DNA of 64,000 bases, from contig CM119268.1 of NCBI GenBank assembly GCA_051294375.1, positions 1,524,549 to 1,588,548 on the forward strand, given 5' to 3'. Positions within the stretch are counted from its first letter, which is position 1, and the number at the start of each line of letters is the position of its first letter. Positions 48,514 to 60,785 of this stretch are shown here, in pieces. Below the pieces are notes generated by a model. That model did no database searches. It had not been told where the DNA came from and was given only the letters and a program-made list of their open reading frames with translations. The DNA comes from Paraspadella gotoi (Eukaryota > Animalia > Chaetognatha). The position numbers and the translations under genes were made by a program.

Positions 48514-49000
48514 AGGAGTCAGCCACGGTTGGAAAAAGTAAAAATCCTTGACGACTAAATGGCATGATTCTCTGGGGTGCCGTTTAATTTTTTTCTTTTT
48601 TCCTTTTTTCTTTCCTTTTTTTCTCCTTTTCTGTCGAGAGGACTGGGAACGAGACAGCGACTCAGACAACACCTGTTGACGACGACGCAATCAACAACAG
48701 TTAATGACAAACTCGAACAACAAGCGATGACACGAAGCGAGATTGTCTTGATTGGTTTTTTGTTTCGTTCAGTCGCACAGCCGATTTGTTGTTTCAGCGA
48801 CAGACGCCGTTTGCTTCCGGATTGTCTCTCTGTTTCTCTCAGAGTTTGTTAAAATGATAATCAAAGAGGTTTCATAACGTATTATATAGATGGTTATAAA
48901 AATTAAGGCAAAAGAGTAAGTTCGAGTCATCGAACTGAAAGCCTTTGAAAAGTTAATTTCGTCTGGCGATCGTTCACACGGCGCGAGATGTTGAGGGGTT

Positions 49001-49283
49001 TTTTTTATAGTTGCGCCGCGAGTACTCGCGAAGCAACTCTATAAGTCAATTTTCGGTCGGTCGGTCGGTCTGTCCCACTTATGTTAAAAATGCATATAAT
49101 TTCCCTATAATTGGTTGCTCTTTTGTTACGACAGAAAAAACCTCAAATCTTAGTGACTGCCATCGCCGTCTACTGGAAATCCTAAAACTAAAATAGAATA
49201 AAAGACGGAATTTTGATGCAGTACGTGTCATCATGTAGTCATGTTATGTCACGTCATGTCATGTCATGTCATGTCACGAGAAA
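49001..49283 (+). mobile_element. HINE-like family A copy
   Basis: Perfect palindrome CGCGAGTACTCGCG, GGTC repeats, (CATGT)n. Confidence 0.7.
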
Positions 49284-49405
49284 TATAGATATAAAGGAGC
49301 GGCTCGTGTCGACCGATCGGCTCAAAACCGGTCGATAGGATAGAATCAGCCGATTGGATTTTGTTCTTTCACTCGGTCGTTTCCTTCCTCGCCGACGATA
49401 TCGTC

Positions 49406-49686
49406 TTTTTAGTTGGGCCGCGAGTACTCGCGGAGCAACTCTATGAGACACTTTTCGGTCGGTCGGTTGGTCGGTATGTCTGTCTGTCGGTCTGTCCCAC
49501 TTACATTAAAAATGTTCATAACTCGCTTAAAGTTGGTTGCTCATTTGTTAAGACAGGAAAAAACTTCAAATCAAAGCGACTGCTAGCGCCGCCTTTTGTT
49601 TTTGAAAGAAATCTCGTATAAACTTTAAAAAATAATTCCAATGCAGTACGTGTCGAAAACACAACATTTGAATTTTCGTTCTTGTT
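49406..49686 (+). mobile_element. HINE-like family A copy
   Basis: TTTTTAG start, CGCGAGTACTCGCG, GTCG/GTCT repeats, end CGTTCTTGTT. Confidence 0.7.
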
Positions 49687-49769
49687 ATCTCATCTTTATC
49701 TTCTTTATCTTTATCTTCCATTAGTAATCATTATCTTTATCATCGCAACAAAAGTTAATCATAAGTTTC

Positions 49770-49791
49770 CTCCTCCTCCTCCTCCTCCTCC

Positions 49792-49841
<50 letters not shown>

Positions 49842-49951
49842 TCTTTCATCTGATTTTTCTTTCTTATTTTCCTTCGTTATCGAGTTTTTTCTTTGCTTTC
49901 CTCCCTTCCGCCCCCCCCCCTCCCTCCGCTTTCCTCTTCCTCCTCCCCTTG

Positions 49952-49993
<42 letters not shown>

Positions 49994-50112
49994 CTGCTCT
50001 CTCTCTCTCTCTTTGTCTCGGTCGCCTTTACTTTTTTGTCCTTCATTATTTGTTTCCCTTTCATCCTTTCTTTGTTTTGTTTTATGATTTTATTTTTTTT
50101 CGCCACTTTCTC

Positions 50113-50189
<77 letters not shown>

Positions 50190-50762
50190 TCTCTCTCTTC
50201 TCTCTCTCCCCTTTCTTTCTCCATTCCCCCTCTCTCTCTCTCTTTTGTCTCTCTCTCACTCTTACTCTCTCTCTCTCTCTGGCTAAGTTCTTAAATATTT
50301 AAAGATAAGATTTAACATTTAACATTTAAATTCCTCTTAAATTTGATCAAATAAATAAAACATGTTGTAGAAAACCATTTTAGACATCTAGAAATACCGT
50401 GATTACCTTGTTATTCTCATCTACAGCTTCAACTTTGTCATATTATAATTGTTAAGCTCTTTAAGATTATGTTAATAATTGTAACTGCAATTTGTAATTT
50501 ATTTTAAAAATTATTGTACATCATATGTCTCAATTTCCTCTCGCGGCGACTTCATGATCGTCAAATCGTTTTCCTTATCGACTTCTTCGTCGTTCTCTCT
50601 CCCTCCCCCCTCTCTCTCTCTCTCTCGTCCTCTCTCTTCCTCCTTCTCCCTCTTCTCTCTCCTCGTCTCTCTCTCTCATCGACTGACTCCTTTCACAAGA
50701 ATGAGCACCGACGCTTTTTACCGACCGCTGTCGACGACGTATGCTGGCGTCAGAAGGATGAC

Positions 50763-50803
<41 letters not shown>

Positions 50804-51226
50804 ACGACGAAGACGACACGACGAAGATCGATAAGGAAAACGATTTGACGATCATGGAAGTCGCCGCGAGAGAGCGCAACATTGAGACATTTGATGTACA
50901 ATAATTTTTAAAATAAATTACAAATTGCAGTTACAATTTATTAACATAATCTTAAAGAGCTTAACAGATTATAATATGACAAAGTTGAAGCTGTAGATGA
51001 AGAATAACAAGGTAATCACGGTATTTCTAGATGTCTAAAATGGTTTTCTACAACATGTTTTATTTATTTGATCAAATTTAAGAGGAATTTAAATGTTAAA
51101 TGTTAAATCTTATCTTTAAATATTTAAAACTTACCAGAGAGGAGAGAGAGAGTAAGAGTAGAGAGAGAGCAAAGAGAGAGAGAGAGGGGAATGGAGAAGA
51201 AAGGGGAGAGAGAGAAAGAGAGAGAT

Positions 51227-51291
<65 letters not shown>

Positions 51292-51660
51292 GAGGAAAGT
51301 GGCGAAAAAAAAAATAAATCATAAACAACAAAACAAAGAAAGGATGAAAGGAAAACAAATAATGAAGGAGCAAAAAAATAAAGGCGACCTGAGACAAAGA
51401 GAGAGAGAGAAGAGGGGAGAGAGAGAGAGGGAGAGAGAGAGAGAGAGAGAGAGAGAAGAGAAGAGCAAGGGGAGGAGGAAGAGGAAAGCGGAGGGAGGGG
51501 GGGGGGGCGGAAGGGAGGAAAGCCAAAGAAAAACTCGATAACGAAGGAAAATAAGAAAGATAAGATCAGAAGAAAGAGATGATGATGATGATGATTGAGA
51601 TGACTGAGATGATAAGAGATGGAGGAGTATGAGGAGGAGGAGGGAGGAGAGGGAGGAAAC
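49770..51660. repeat. Fold-back duplication: ~49770-50595 is inverted at ~50815-51660, with a third copy at 63300-64000
   Basis: The unique AT-rich segment 50296-50590 is reverse-complemented at 50822-51125 with scattered indels; a 25-N gap follows at 51708-51732. Confidence 0.88.
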
Positions 51661-51844
51661 ACGATTATTGAATTAGCACACGGATTTCGAATGATAGTAT
51701 GTTGCGGNNNNNNNNNNNNNNNNNNNNNNNNNAAATCGACTGACTCCTTTACATGAAACTGGAGCCACCGTACGCTTTTTACCGACCGCTGTCGACGACG
51801 TATGCTGGCGTCAGAAGGATGACGACGACGAGAACGACGACGAC

Positions 51845-51887
<43 letters not shown>

Positions 51888-52784
51888 AGATAGAGATAAG
51901 AGAGGAGATGGGAAGTAAAAGTGTTGGAAGGCAAATTGTGTGGGTTATGGCGAGATGTAAGTGGTAAGTGGTAAGAGGTAAGTGGTAAGTGGTTGTGAAC
52001 CGATGGTGATGGAAACATTGACTGTGATAGTGAATCCGAATAGAATTCAATTCCTTTATCCAATCCGAAGCCGTGAATCGTGGCCCCGTTGTGAATTCGT
52101 GACTTGGAAGGCGATTTGTGACTTTGCAAGCTTCACTCGTGAGCGCGGGCCTTTTACGCGGCCCGGCCCATCTCAATGCTTTAGAAAAAAAACAGGGCGG
52201 AGAAATAAGCCGACGACCCAAGATTAGAAAAAATAAAATTTGAAGAAAAACGAGAGAAAGAATTAAACCAGAAACAAAAAAAAAACTTGGAACGGAGTTG
52301 TGAAAAAAATAGAATCAAAACAGGATGGAGGAAATCACGGTGAAAACCGGTCGGTGAACCGAATATTAAGTTAAAATTGTTGGCCTGTTTTGTATAATAC
52401 ACCAACTGATACTAAAGATTAAAGATTAAAAATTTAAAATTTAAAATTTAAATTTAAAGATTAAAGCCCCGTCAGAACAATGAACATTGAAAATGCAAAT
52501 GAATCGATTGGAAAAATCTTGATTGTATGAAAAAACCCTGTAAGTTTAAAAATCAACATTAAAAGAAAAAGAATCTATGCAGGTCGATTCAAAAATATCT
52601 ATTTAGGGAAAAGAAATCCCATTATACCGATTTATAAGAATCATCATTGAATGAAAAAAAATCCCTCAAGACCGATTGAGCAAAATCTGAATTGAATACA
52701 AAAGCCCTGTAGGCCGATTCAAAAAAAAAAACTCATTGAACGACAAAACCTTGTAGTTGAAAAAAAAAACCGGGTCCTCGTTCA

Positions 52785-53040
52785 AAGAATTCATTCACGG
52801 CTCGAGTTTTCTATGGACGGGGCGGCGGCGCCGGCGGCGGCGCCAGCGGTGGCGGCGCGAGGCGAAGACCGCGGCGTCGGCGTCGGCGTCGGCGTTGGGG
52901 CTTCGTTTAAGACTTCCGGCGGTGCGCGTTCTGAAGGTCAGGACGCGCTCCCGAGCTCCGTAGCGCGGGGGAGCGTGGTACGGGGTACCACGTGCAAAAC
53001 AGTGCGTGCGTATCGTACATGTAGTGATTAGGCGCACGCG
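52785..53040 (-). CDS. Candidate terminal coding exon of an unidentified gene (mirror copy at ~61895-62172, + strand)
   Basis: GC-rich island like the IFT70 exons. Merging the two error-containing copies gives ...NHYMYDTHALFCTWYPYHAPRATELGERVLDLQNAHRREVLNEAPTPTPTPTPRSSPRAATAG... Neither copy is open on its own and I do not recognise the family. Confidence 0.35.
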
Positions 53041-54108
53041 ACAACGAGAATGAAAGTTAGGTTTTTTTGAATTTTTTTCCTCATTGTTTAAAAAAATAAT
53101 AATAATAATAATTAGATACCAATGTAGACTCAGTCGAAATATTTTTTTAGAAATCTTCAGTGTTGATATTGTATATTGTATTAAAATGAAGTCTTTCCTC
53201 TTTTTTTAAACTTAGTAAAGAATTACTAAATACATAGAAAGAAAAAAGGAATTTGGATCGGGTCTTCTCGCTCGTGCACCAACTCCTTCCGTATTCCACC
53301 ATTGAAAATTCGACCCGTTTCTTTCGCGGGGGCGGGGAAAGCGAATCCACAATGAATCAAGCTTTCCTCCCCTCTTTAACAAGCATTAAAGGATAGCCGA
53401 AGTTCGCAAACGGTATGAGAGAGATTTCGGTCCGCCCTTTGCCAAGCAGTTAACCGTAATTTCAAACGGGGTTTCTTCTGCAAGCTTTGAAAGCGGTAAA
53501 AGAATTTAGTACTGTTTTTTAACCAGCAGCTAACGGGAGATATTAATTGCAAGCAGTCCAACTCAAAGCAATCAAACGAATATTCGAATCTCGGCTTTCA
53601 CAGTAAAAATCTTTTGAATAAAAAAAACCCCGTCAAACAAGCATTTCATGGGACTTTCAGTCACCCTCTGCCAAGCATAAGGAAAACCGAAAAAAAAATT
53701 CTTTTACGAACGCCGTCGACGAAAATACTTTCAACTTTTTTTTTTTTNNNNNNNNNNNNNNNNNNNNNNNNNATTCTTTTTTTCATTTAAAATTCCAATT
53801 CAGCGGCAAAACACTCGAAAAGAATAAAAAAAGAGGCGCTGGGTGATGGAATCGCCGCGCCCTCTGTCGACGAGAGAGGCGTTGTTGTCGTCTCGTTTTC
53901 GAGCGGGCGAAGGACAGTGATTTTCGATTCGCGTAATTCATGGACAATGTTACACTATTTTAAGACGCTTTGGTAATAACTGCGGTCGTTTGACAGCCCC
54001 TGTTGAAATAGTTTCTTTTTATTCTAAACAATACACTCGCGTCATATTATCACCCGACTTCGAAACAAAAAAAGTTAATTAAGTTTTAGAAACTCTCTCT
54101 CTCTCTCT

Positions 54109-54174
<66 letters not shown>

Positions 54175-54572
54175 GCGACAACGATTTAGTTTTAAAAAAG
54201 AAACAGAAAATGCGTCGGGGCGTTTTTTTGACTTTCCGCGTCGAGGGAGAAAAAAGTGGCGAGAAAACGAGATTATATTGCATTTTGAATAAAGATCTCA
54301 TTCTCTCTCTTATGGAATCGCCGCGCCCTCTGTCGACGAGAGAGGCGTTGTCGTCGTCTCGTTTTCGAGCGGCGAAGTACAGTGTTCGATTCCGCGTAAT
54401 TCAGGACATGTTACACTATTTTAAGACGCTTTGGTAATAACTGCGGTCGTTGACAGCCCCTGTTGAATAGTTNNNNNNNNNNNNNNNNNNNNNNNNNTTC
54501 TTTTATTTCTACAACCAATACACATCGGTCATATATCACCGACTTCGAAACAACAAAGTAATTAAGTTTAGA

Positions 54573-54643
<71 letters not shown>

Positions 54644-54924
54644 ATCCGCGACAACGATTTTATTTTAAAAAAGAAAACAGAAAATGCGTGGGCGTTTTTT
54701 GACTTTCGCTCGAGGAGCAAAAGTGGCGAGAAACGAGTTATATGCATTTTGATAAGATCTCGTTTAAAAAATTAGATTATTTTGGGCAATTTTAATATAT
54801 TTGTCGCGTTAAATGTTTGAAGAAAACAACTGGGGAAGGATAGAATGCATAAGTCTTTCAGAAAGTCAATATATATTAATATATGTAAAAAGTAAAAGTA
54901 CGTTTGGTTAAATTCTATATAGAT

Positions 54925-55170
54925 ATTATGGTGGATAAAATCCACACCGTATCATCAGCGGCATAGGTGCCAGCAAAGTTCATTCGGCCCTCCCAACCCA
55001 AAAGGTCCGGGGTTCTAGCCCGGTGGTCGCCTAACAGTTAAGGACGAGGCCTATAAACCTGCCTGTAACACGTGTATATCCTGGATCCGATAGTTTTAGG
55101 GACTGCTTAATGAACGTTCTAGTCACTAACACATAACATATTTATCCTCTCGTCTCCTCAATCATTGATT
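54925..55170 (+). mobile_element. SINE-like family B copy (mirrored at 60185-60432)
   Basis: Shares CCTCCCAACCCAAA, GGTTCTAG, CCTGTAACA and GTCACTAACAC blocks with 48125-48372. Confidence 0.55.
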
Positions 55171-56199
55171 TTTTTTTTCAAACGTTTTGAGAGATAACTA
55201 AATATACATATATTCAAGATATTACAATTTGAATTAGAAAATGACGATTTTCAAGACAGTCAAGTATCGTCGGTTTTAAGTAAACGTATTTGATACATAA
55301 ATTTAATATCATAAATAATCATTTATTATCATGACGCAAAGCTTTAAAACGTGGAAAGGAAAAAGAAAAACTGATATTCAAGCAGTCGACCGGAAATAAA
55401 AAGCAGAAGAAAAACAAAAGAGGAATTCCGACGATGTTTGATCGTTGCTTAAAGGCGGACGCCGCCGCTGCCGGCATTCAGATCCGCTTCCAAGCGGTTT
55501 TGGCAGCAGCGTTCCCGTTTCAGCTGGCCGCAGCGGAGGAAAAAAAAAAATAAGTAAAGGGTCGAGTGAATCCTACAATTATAGCGAAACGTTATAGGAA
55601 AACGTTGGGATAAAAAGACGGAAATAAATTGTTCAATCGGTTTTTGAAAATTTTATTGTCGTATCTTTTCATTACCAATGGGTTTATTGTTTAAATGCTT
55701 TTTTAGGTTTCTTGCCGATTTGATTTAGTTTAATCTTGATGTATATTATTGTATAATATAAAATAGACCGATAGTAATCTCACCACACTATTTTCGAAGA
55801 AGACAACATGACTTCCCATTCCCATTAAGGGATAGAGTGAAAAAAATTTATTTGTTACCCGGGTTGTACCAAAGCAATGAAAAGCGTGTTTAAAAAACAT
55901 GGGATCCATAGCGTTAGGAACTCTACAGTTTGATTTTTAGGCGTGCTTATCAACAAAGGGGCAGGCAAAAAACAAAAGAGTAAACTACGAAATCAAAAAA
56001 ATTAGTAATATTTGTTTACTAACGGGTAGTGAATGAAGCAGTTTACCACACGTAAAAAAAATACTAATATTTGAATACTTGGAACGGAGACGTAGGGTTA
56101 GCATATGTTACGTTTGGATATTATAAAATGACAAAATAAAAGTTGACAATTTATTTAGTGTCTCTAAGAGGATTAGATGTGTTGAATGTAGTTTTACAA

Positions 56200-59040
56200 A
56201 AATAATAAAATATAAGAGAACGTTATATCTGGGGTTTTTTGCGAGATTAGAGTGTATTATAAGGGTTAGGGGAGTTTACAAACGCTTGTTTTTTAGCTAG
56301 GCGTATAGGTTGAAAATTGAGTTTTTTACTTATAAATATAAAAACATATCTGGAACATATTGAAATTTTTTTAGTTTGGCGTTATGGGTTATGGCAATTT
56401 TTACAAAATACTGCGTTTTTAGGCTAGGGTTAGTGGATATGAATGAGCTCTTACATAAAATTTTTATTCAAAAATTATGGATCGTATAAAGATATTTCAA
56501 GTTAGGTTTTTAGGGTAGAATAAACTTATTAATTAATTTATCCAACGCGTATATTCTATTAGTCTAGGTCGTTATTAGTGCGCGTTCTAGAATAGTTCTC
56601 TCGACAATGAAAAAAGATAGATGTGATACTTAACCAACTACTTTACTAATATTGAGAAAAAATTGGTATGACCGTATTATTAAGTTTATTCGAATTCGGG
56701 TTTAGAGGTTAGGGAGTTTTTACAAACGGCGGTTTTTAGCTAGAGAATGTCTAGGCGTCTGTAAGAGATTTACAAAGTACATAATAAATAAGGACTGTAG
56801 TTTGAGCTTATTTTGTAGTTAGGGCTCTAAGGGTTTGAGAAGATTTAACAAATTGCAAGTGTTTCTTAGCTCTCGAGATATTGAGATCTTGCTCGAGTTT
56901 AGCGGTTACGGGCGGATTTAGGTCGACTTGAAGGCTATCGTATAGTCATTAGAGAGCCATGAGGGTGTGGGTTTTTCTAGAGGGTTTGAGGGTTGAGCGA
57001 CAGTTTTACATCATTGTGGTCCTTTAGTGTAGGGGTTCGAGTAATGTCGCACGTAGTGTTCTTTTATGGCTAGAATTGATTTTCTGGCCAGTCATCCTTT
57101 CCACTGCGAACCTCGCGTCTAAGGGTGTGTAGGGATTAATAGGGTTGAGTAGTGAGGATTAGGTAGTCTAGAGGTTAAAGCGATACAAAAATGGCGATTT
57201 CGCATCTAAGAAACTTTCAGTCATAAAGCGTTCTAGTATAGTCGCGGCGGATTTCGCCACAACTACAACTGCAATCTCATGGTTAGGGATCTAGGGTGAG
57301 TTCACGGGCGATTTGAACATCACTCAGTGACAGTAGGCGTCCTGACTCCCGATCATCCCTAACCCTCAAACCAGAGGTACCTCCCGTTCAAGCTCCTATG
57401 TTACGCTCTCGCCCGTAACCTCTTAGGGATACAATTCCTCTGGGCACGGGGCTACTCGCCTTGTACGATCTCCATGTTCTCAGAGCGTTTGACGTAACTT
57501 CCGCATGGTAAGTAAGCTTAGGCGCCGTCATAGTCGGGAAATGCATCATTGAGATCCACGTTTACGGGCTGGTCCCCTTAGCCGGTACTGCCAACCGTAG
57601 TTTAGGTTACGTAGAGTCTCACATGTAAAGCCAAGCAGCTGTGCCGGTCAACTCCATGGTTCTTAGGTCTTTGAGTTAAGTTAAGTTATTTTAGGCTTAT
57701 TATTAATGTTCAATTTAGGGATAGGTAAGGAGGTGTTGTGATGACCCAAGAGGCCCGCGTTAGGGTTAGGCTTAGGGAAGTACTGGCGAGGACATTAGGG
57801 TGAAGCACGGAAGATGTACGGGAGGCCTGGGCCCGTTAGGGTTAGGGTTGGGAGAGAGGCCCGTGGGTATATATCGAAGGCGATATTAGCTCTCCTACTA
57901 CAGCGTCTAACCCTAATCGAGGGCCTCTGGCTCCCGTAACATCTCCTGTGGCCTCACCCTAACCCTAAACGCTTCGATGGATTCATACCATGCGGTCCCT
58001 AATTCCCCTCAAACCTAACCCATATAACCAAGCCCTCCCGTCATACTCCTTGCCTCTCCCCTTATGACCCTAAATCCACGGGACCGGTGCCTCCGACATC
58101 TCCGTACCTCAACGAGCCTGAACCCTATAACGCACTTCTCGATGCTGTCACTAATATAAATTTTTGCTTCTATGTACCGGGAGTGAGCAGCCCGGGACCT
58201 GTGTCAACCTTAGGGTTAGGGTCGAGAGGCATGGAGTTGAACAGGAGGCTTGGTTTTAGGCGTCGCGGATATGGATACCAACGAAGCACCAAACAAACCG
58301 GTAACCCCTCAATGCGTTGTTGATGCATCGGAGAAAGAAAGCGGATTAGGCCGTTAAGAGGTTAAAAGCCTCCTGGTTTCGAACACTCCATGCCTCTCCT
58401 AACCTAACCCAGCCAAGCCTCCCGTACATCTGCCACCACGGCTAACCTCAAACGGCCAGATGCTACCGGCCAAAACCGAAGGCCGGGCCTGGATTAGGGT
58501 TAGTGGGTAGAGGCAACGAGTGTTGAACGGGAACTCCAAAACGAAGGCGCCTTTGGTTTAGAGCGTTAGGGGTTGGGGGATACGGGATCCATATAGCAAC
58601 TATGAACCCCCACCTGCATCGGAATATGTGACCCCTAGAAAGATTTTAGGGATCTTGTAGATTGTTGTAAAGCGGCAAGCGAAATAAAAATCTTGTACGG
58701 CAACTTCAACCCTTAACCCTGAACCCGGCCGCTAAACTAGTCCAACCGCCAGGCCACTCGGCTTAGGTGTTAGGGGTGTAGAGGCATGGAAGCTTACTCA
58801 ATCCGCTAACAACCCGTTAGCTAAACGGTCCCATTGAGTCTCCAACCGCGTATCCAGCGGTTAAACTAACGCTTGGAGACGGCGGCCCGTGGATGATATG
58901 CAATCGAAGGCGGTTAGCGGTCTAGGGTTGAGGCTATGGAGATGTACGGGAAGGCCCAGGCCCGGGTTAGGGTTAGGGGAGAGCAAGGGAGATTGAACGG
59001 AGGCTTGTTAGGGTTAGGGTTGGGAGAGGAGCCTGTAGGT
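56200..59040. repeat. Noisy TTAGGG-containing satellite region; a ~50-bp unit (TTAGGG)2-3-GAGAGGCATGGAGATGTACGGGAGGC occurs in both orientations
   Basis: TTAGGGTTAGGG at ~57836, 58210, 58967 and 59008; CCCTAACCCTAA at ~57957; a shared spacer motif recurs on both strands. Confidence 0.7.
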
Positions 59041-60727
59041 GATGTTCATCCCCGTGTTAGCTGCGCTTTTCATTATATTCGCTACTTTTTCACTGGCAGG
59101 TCGCCCAGTGGGGTGACTGGGCGACATCGCAAAGCCCTGGCGATATCGCCATGGCGAAGTCGCCAACCAACTAGAACCCACCCTCAACCTCGTGCGTGAA
59201 TCGCCGGCCGACATCGCTATTTGAATGAACTACAACTTAGATTTTTAAATAGTTTAAGTTCATACATTTTTTAAAAGAAAGATTGGTAAGCACAATATAC
59301 TTTTCATCGAATTAAAAAAAGAGAAATAACTAAGTAAATAAATTAATAATAAGGTTTATTCAAATTTAGAAAGTAAAATAGATTACAAAGTCAATATGAG
59401 TTAAAAAATGTTATCTTATAATATACAGTATATTTGAAAAATTTGCCAATTACTTGTATTCACTATTTTCAATGTTTTATATTTTCTTTTTTAAAAATGT
59501 TTATTTATCTAATAATTCAATTTGGGAATTGGGAAGTCAGTGTGTCTTCTGGAAATAGTGGGTGAGATTACTATCGGTCCTAGTTTTATATATACAATAA
59601 TATACCAGTACAAGATTTAAACTAAATCAATTCGCAGAACCTAAAAAGCATTTAAAAACATAAACCATTGTATGAAAAAAAAGATACGACAAATAAAAAA
59701 GTATTTTCAAAAAAACGATTGAACAATATTTATTTTCCGCTTTTTATATCCCAACGTTTTCCTATAACGTTTTCGCGTATAATATTTGTAAGGAATTCCA
59801 CTTCGACGCCTTTTTATTTTTTTTCCTCCCGCTGCGGCAGCTGAAAACGGACGCTGCCGCCAAACGCTGGAGCGGATCTGATGCGGCAGCGGCGGCGTCG
59901 CTAGCAACGAATCAAACATCGTCGGATTCCTCTTTTGTTTTTTCTTGCTTTCTTATTTCCGGTCGACTGCCATGATAATCAGTTTTCTTTTTCTTTCCAC
60001 CGTTTTTAGCTTTGCCGTCATGATAATAAATTCATTATTAATGATATTAATTTATGTTATCGTTACTTATCAAAACCACGATACCATTCTATGTTTTTGA
60101 AAATCGTCATTTTCTAATTCAAAATTGTTAATTCTTGCCAAATATATGTATAATTGTATATCTCTCAAACCGTTTGAAAAAAAAAATCAATGAAATTGAA
60201 GAGACAGAGATAATGTATTGTGTTAGTGACAGAACGTTCAATTATAACAGTCCCTTAAAACTTCGGATCAGGATATTACACCGTGTTACAGGCAGGTAAG
60301 CGCCTCGTCCCTCTTTAACTGTTGGCGACCCCACCGGCTAGAACCCCGGACCTTTGGGTTGGGAGCGCGAATTGACTTGCTGGCACCTATGGCCGCTGAT
60401 GACGGTTGGTGGATTTTACGCCACCATAATATCTATATCGGATTTAAACCAACGTTACTTTTTTACTGTTTTTTTACATATATTATTATATATTAAGACT
60501 TTCTGAAAGACTTATGCATTCTATCCTTCCCAGTTTTTTCCTTCACATTTAACGCGACATATACTTAAAATGCTCCAAAATATATCTATTTTTAAACGAG
60601 ATCTTTATATTCAAAATGCATATAATCTCGTTTCTCGCCACTTTTTTCTCCGCTCGAACGCGGAAAGTCAAAAAAACGCCGCCGACGCATTTTCTGTTTC
60701 TTTTTTAAAATAAAATTCGTTAGTCGC

Positions 60728-60785
<58 letters not shown>

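Noticed and set aside
49682-50302. 206-aa ORF with poly-Pro and poly-His
   Set aside because: Built from (CCT)n, (CAT)n and (CT)n microsatellites inside a fold-back duplicate.
50595-50680. Residual PacBio SMRTbell adapter at the fold-back centre
   Set aside because: Only generic CT-rich sequence is present; the adapter's GTTGTTGTTG loop is not seen.
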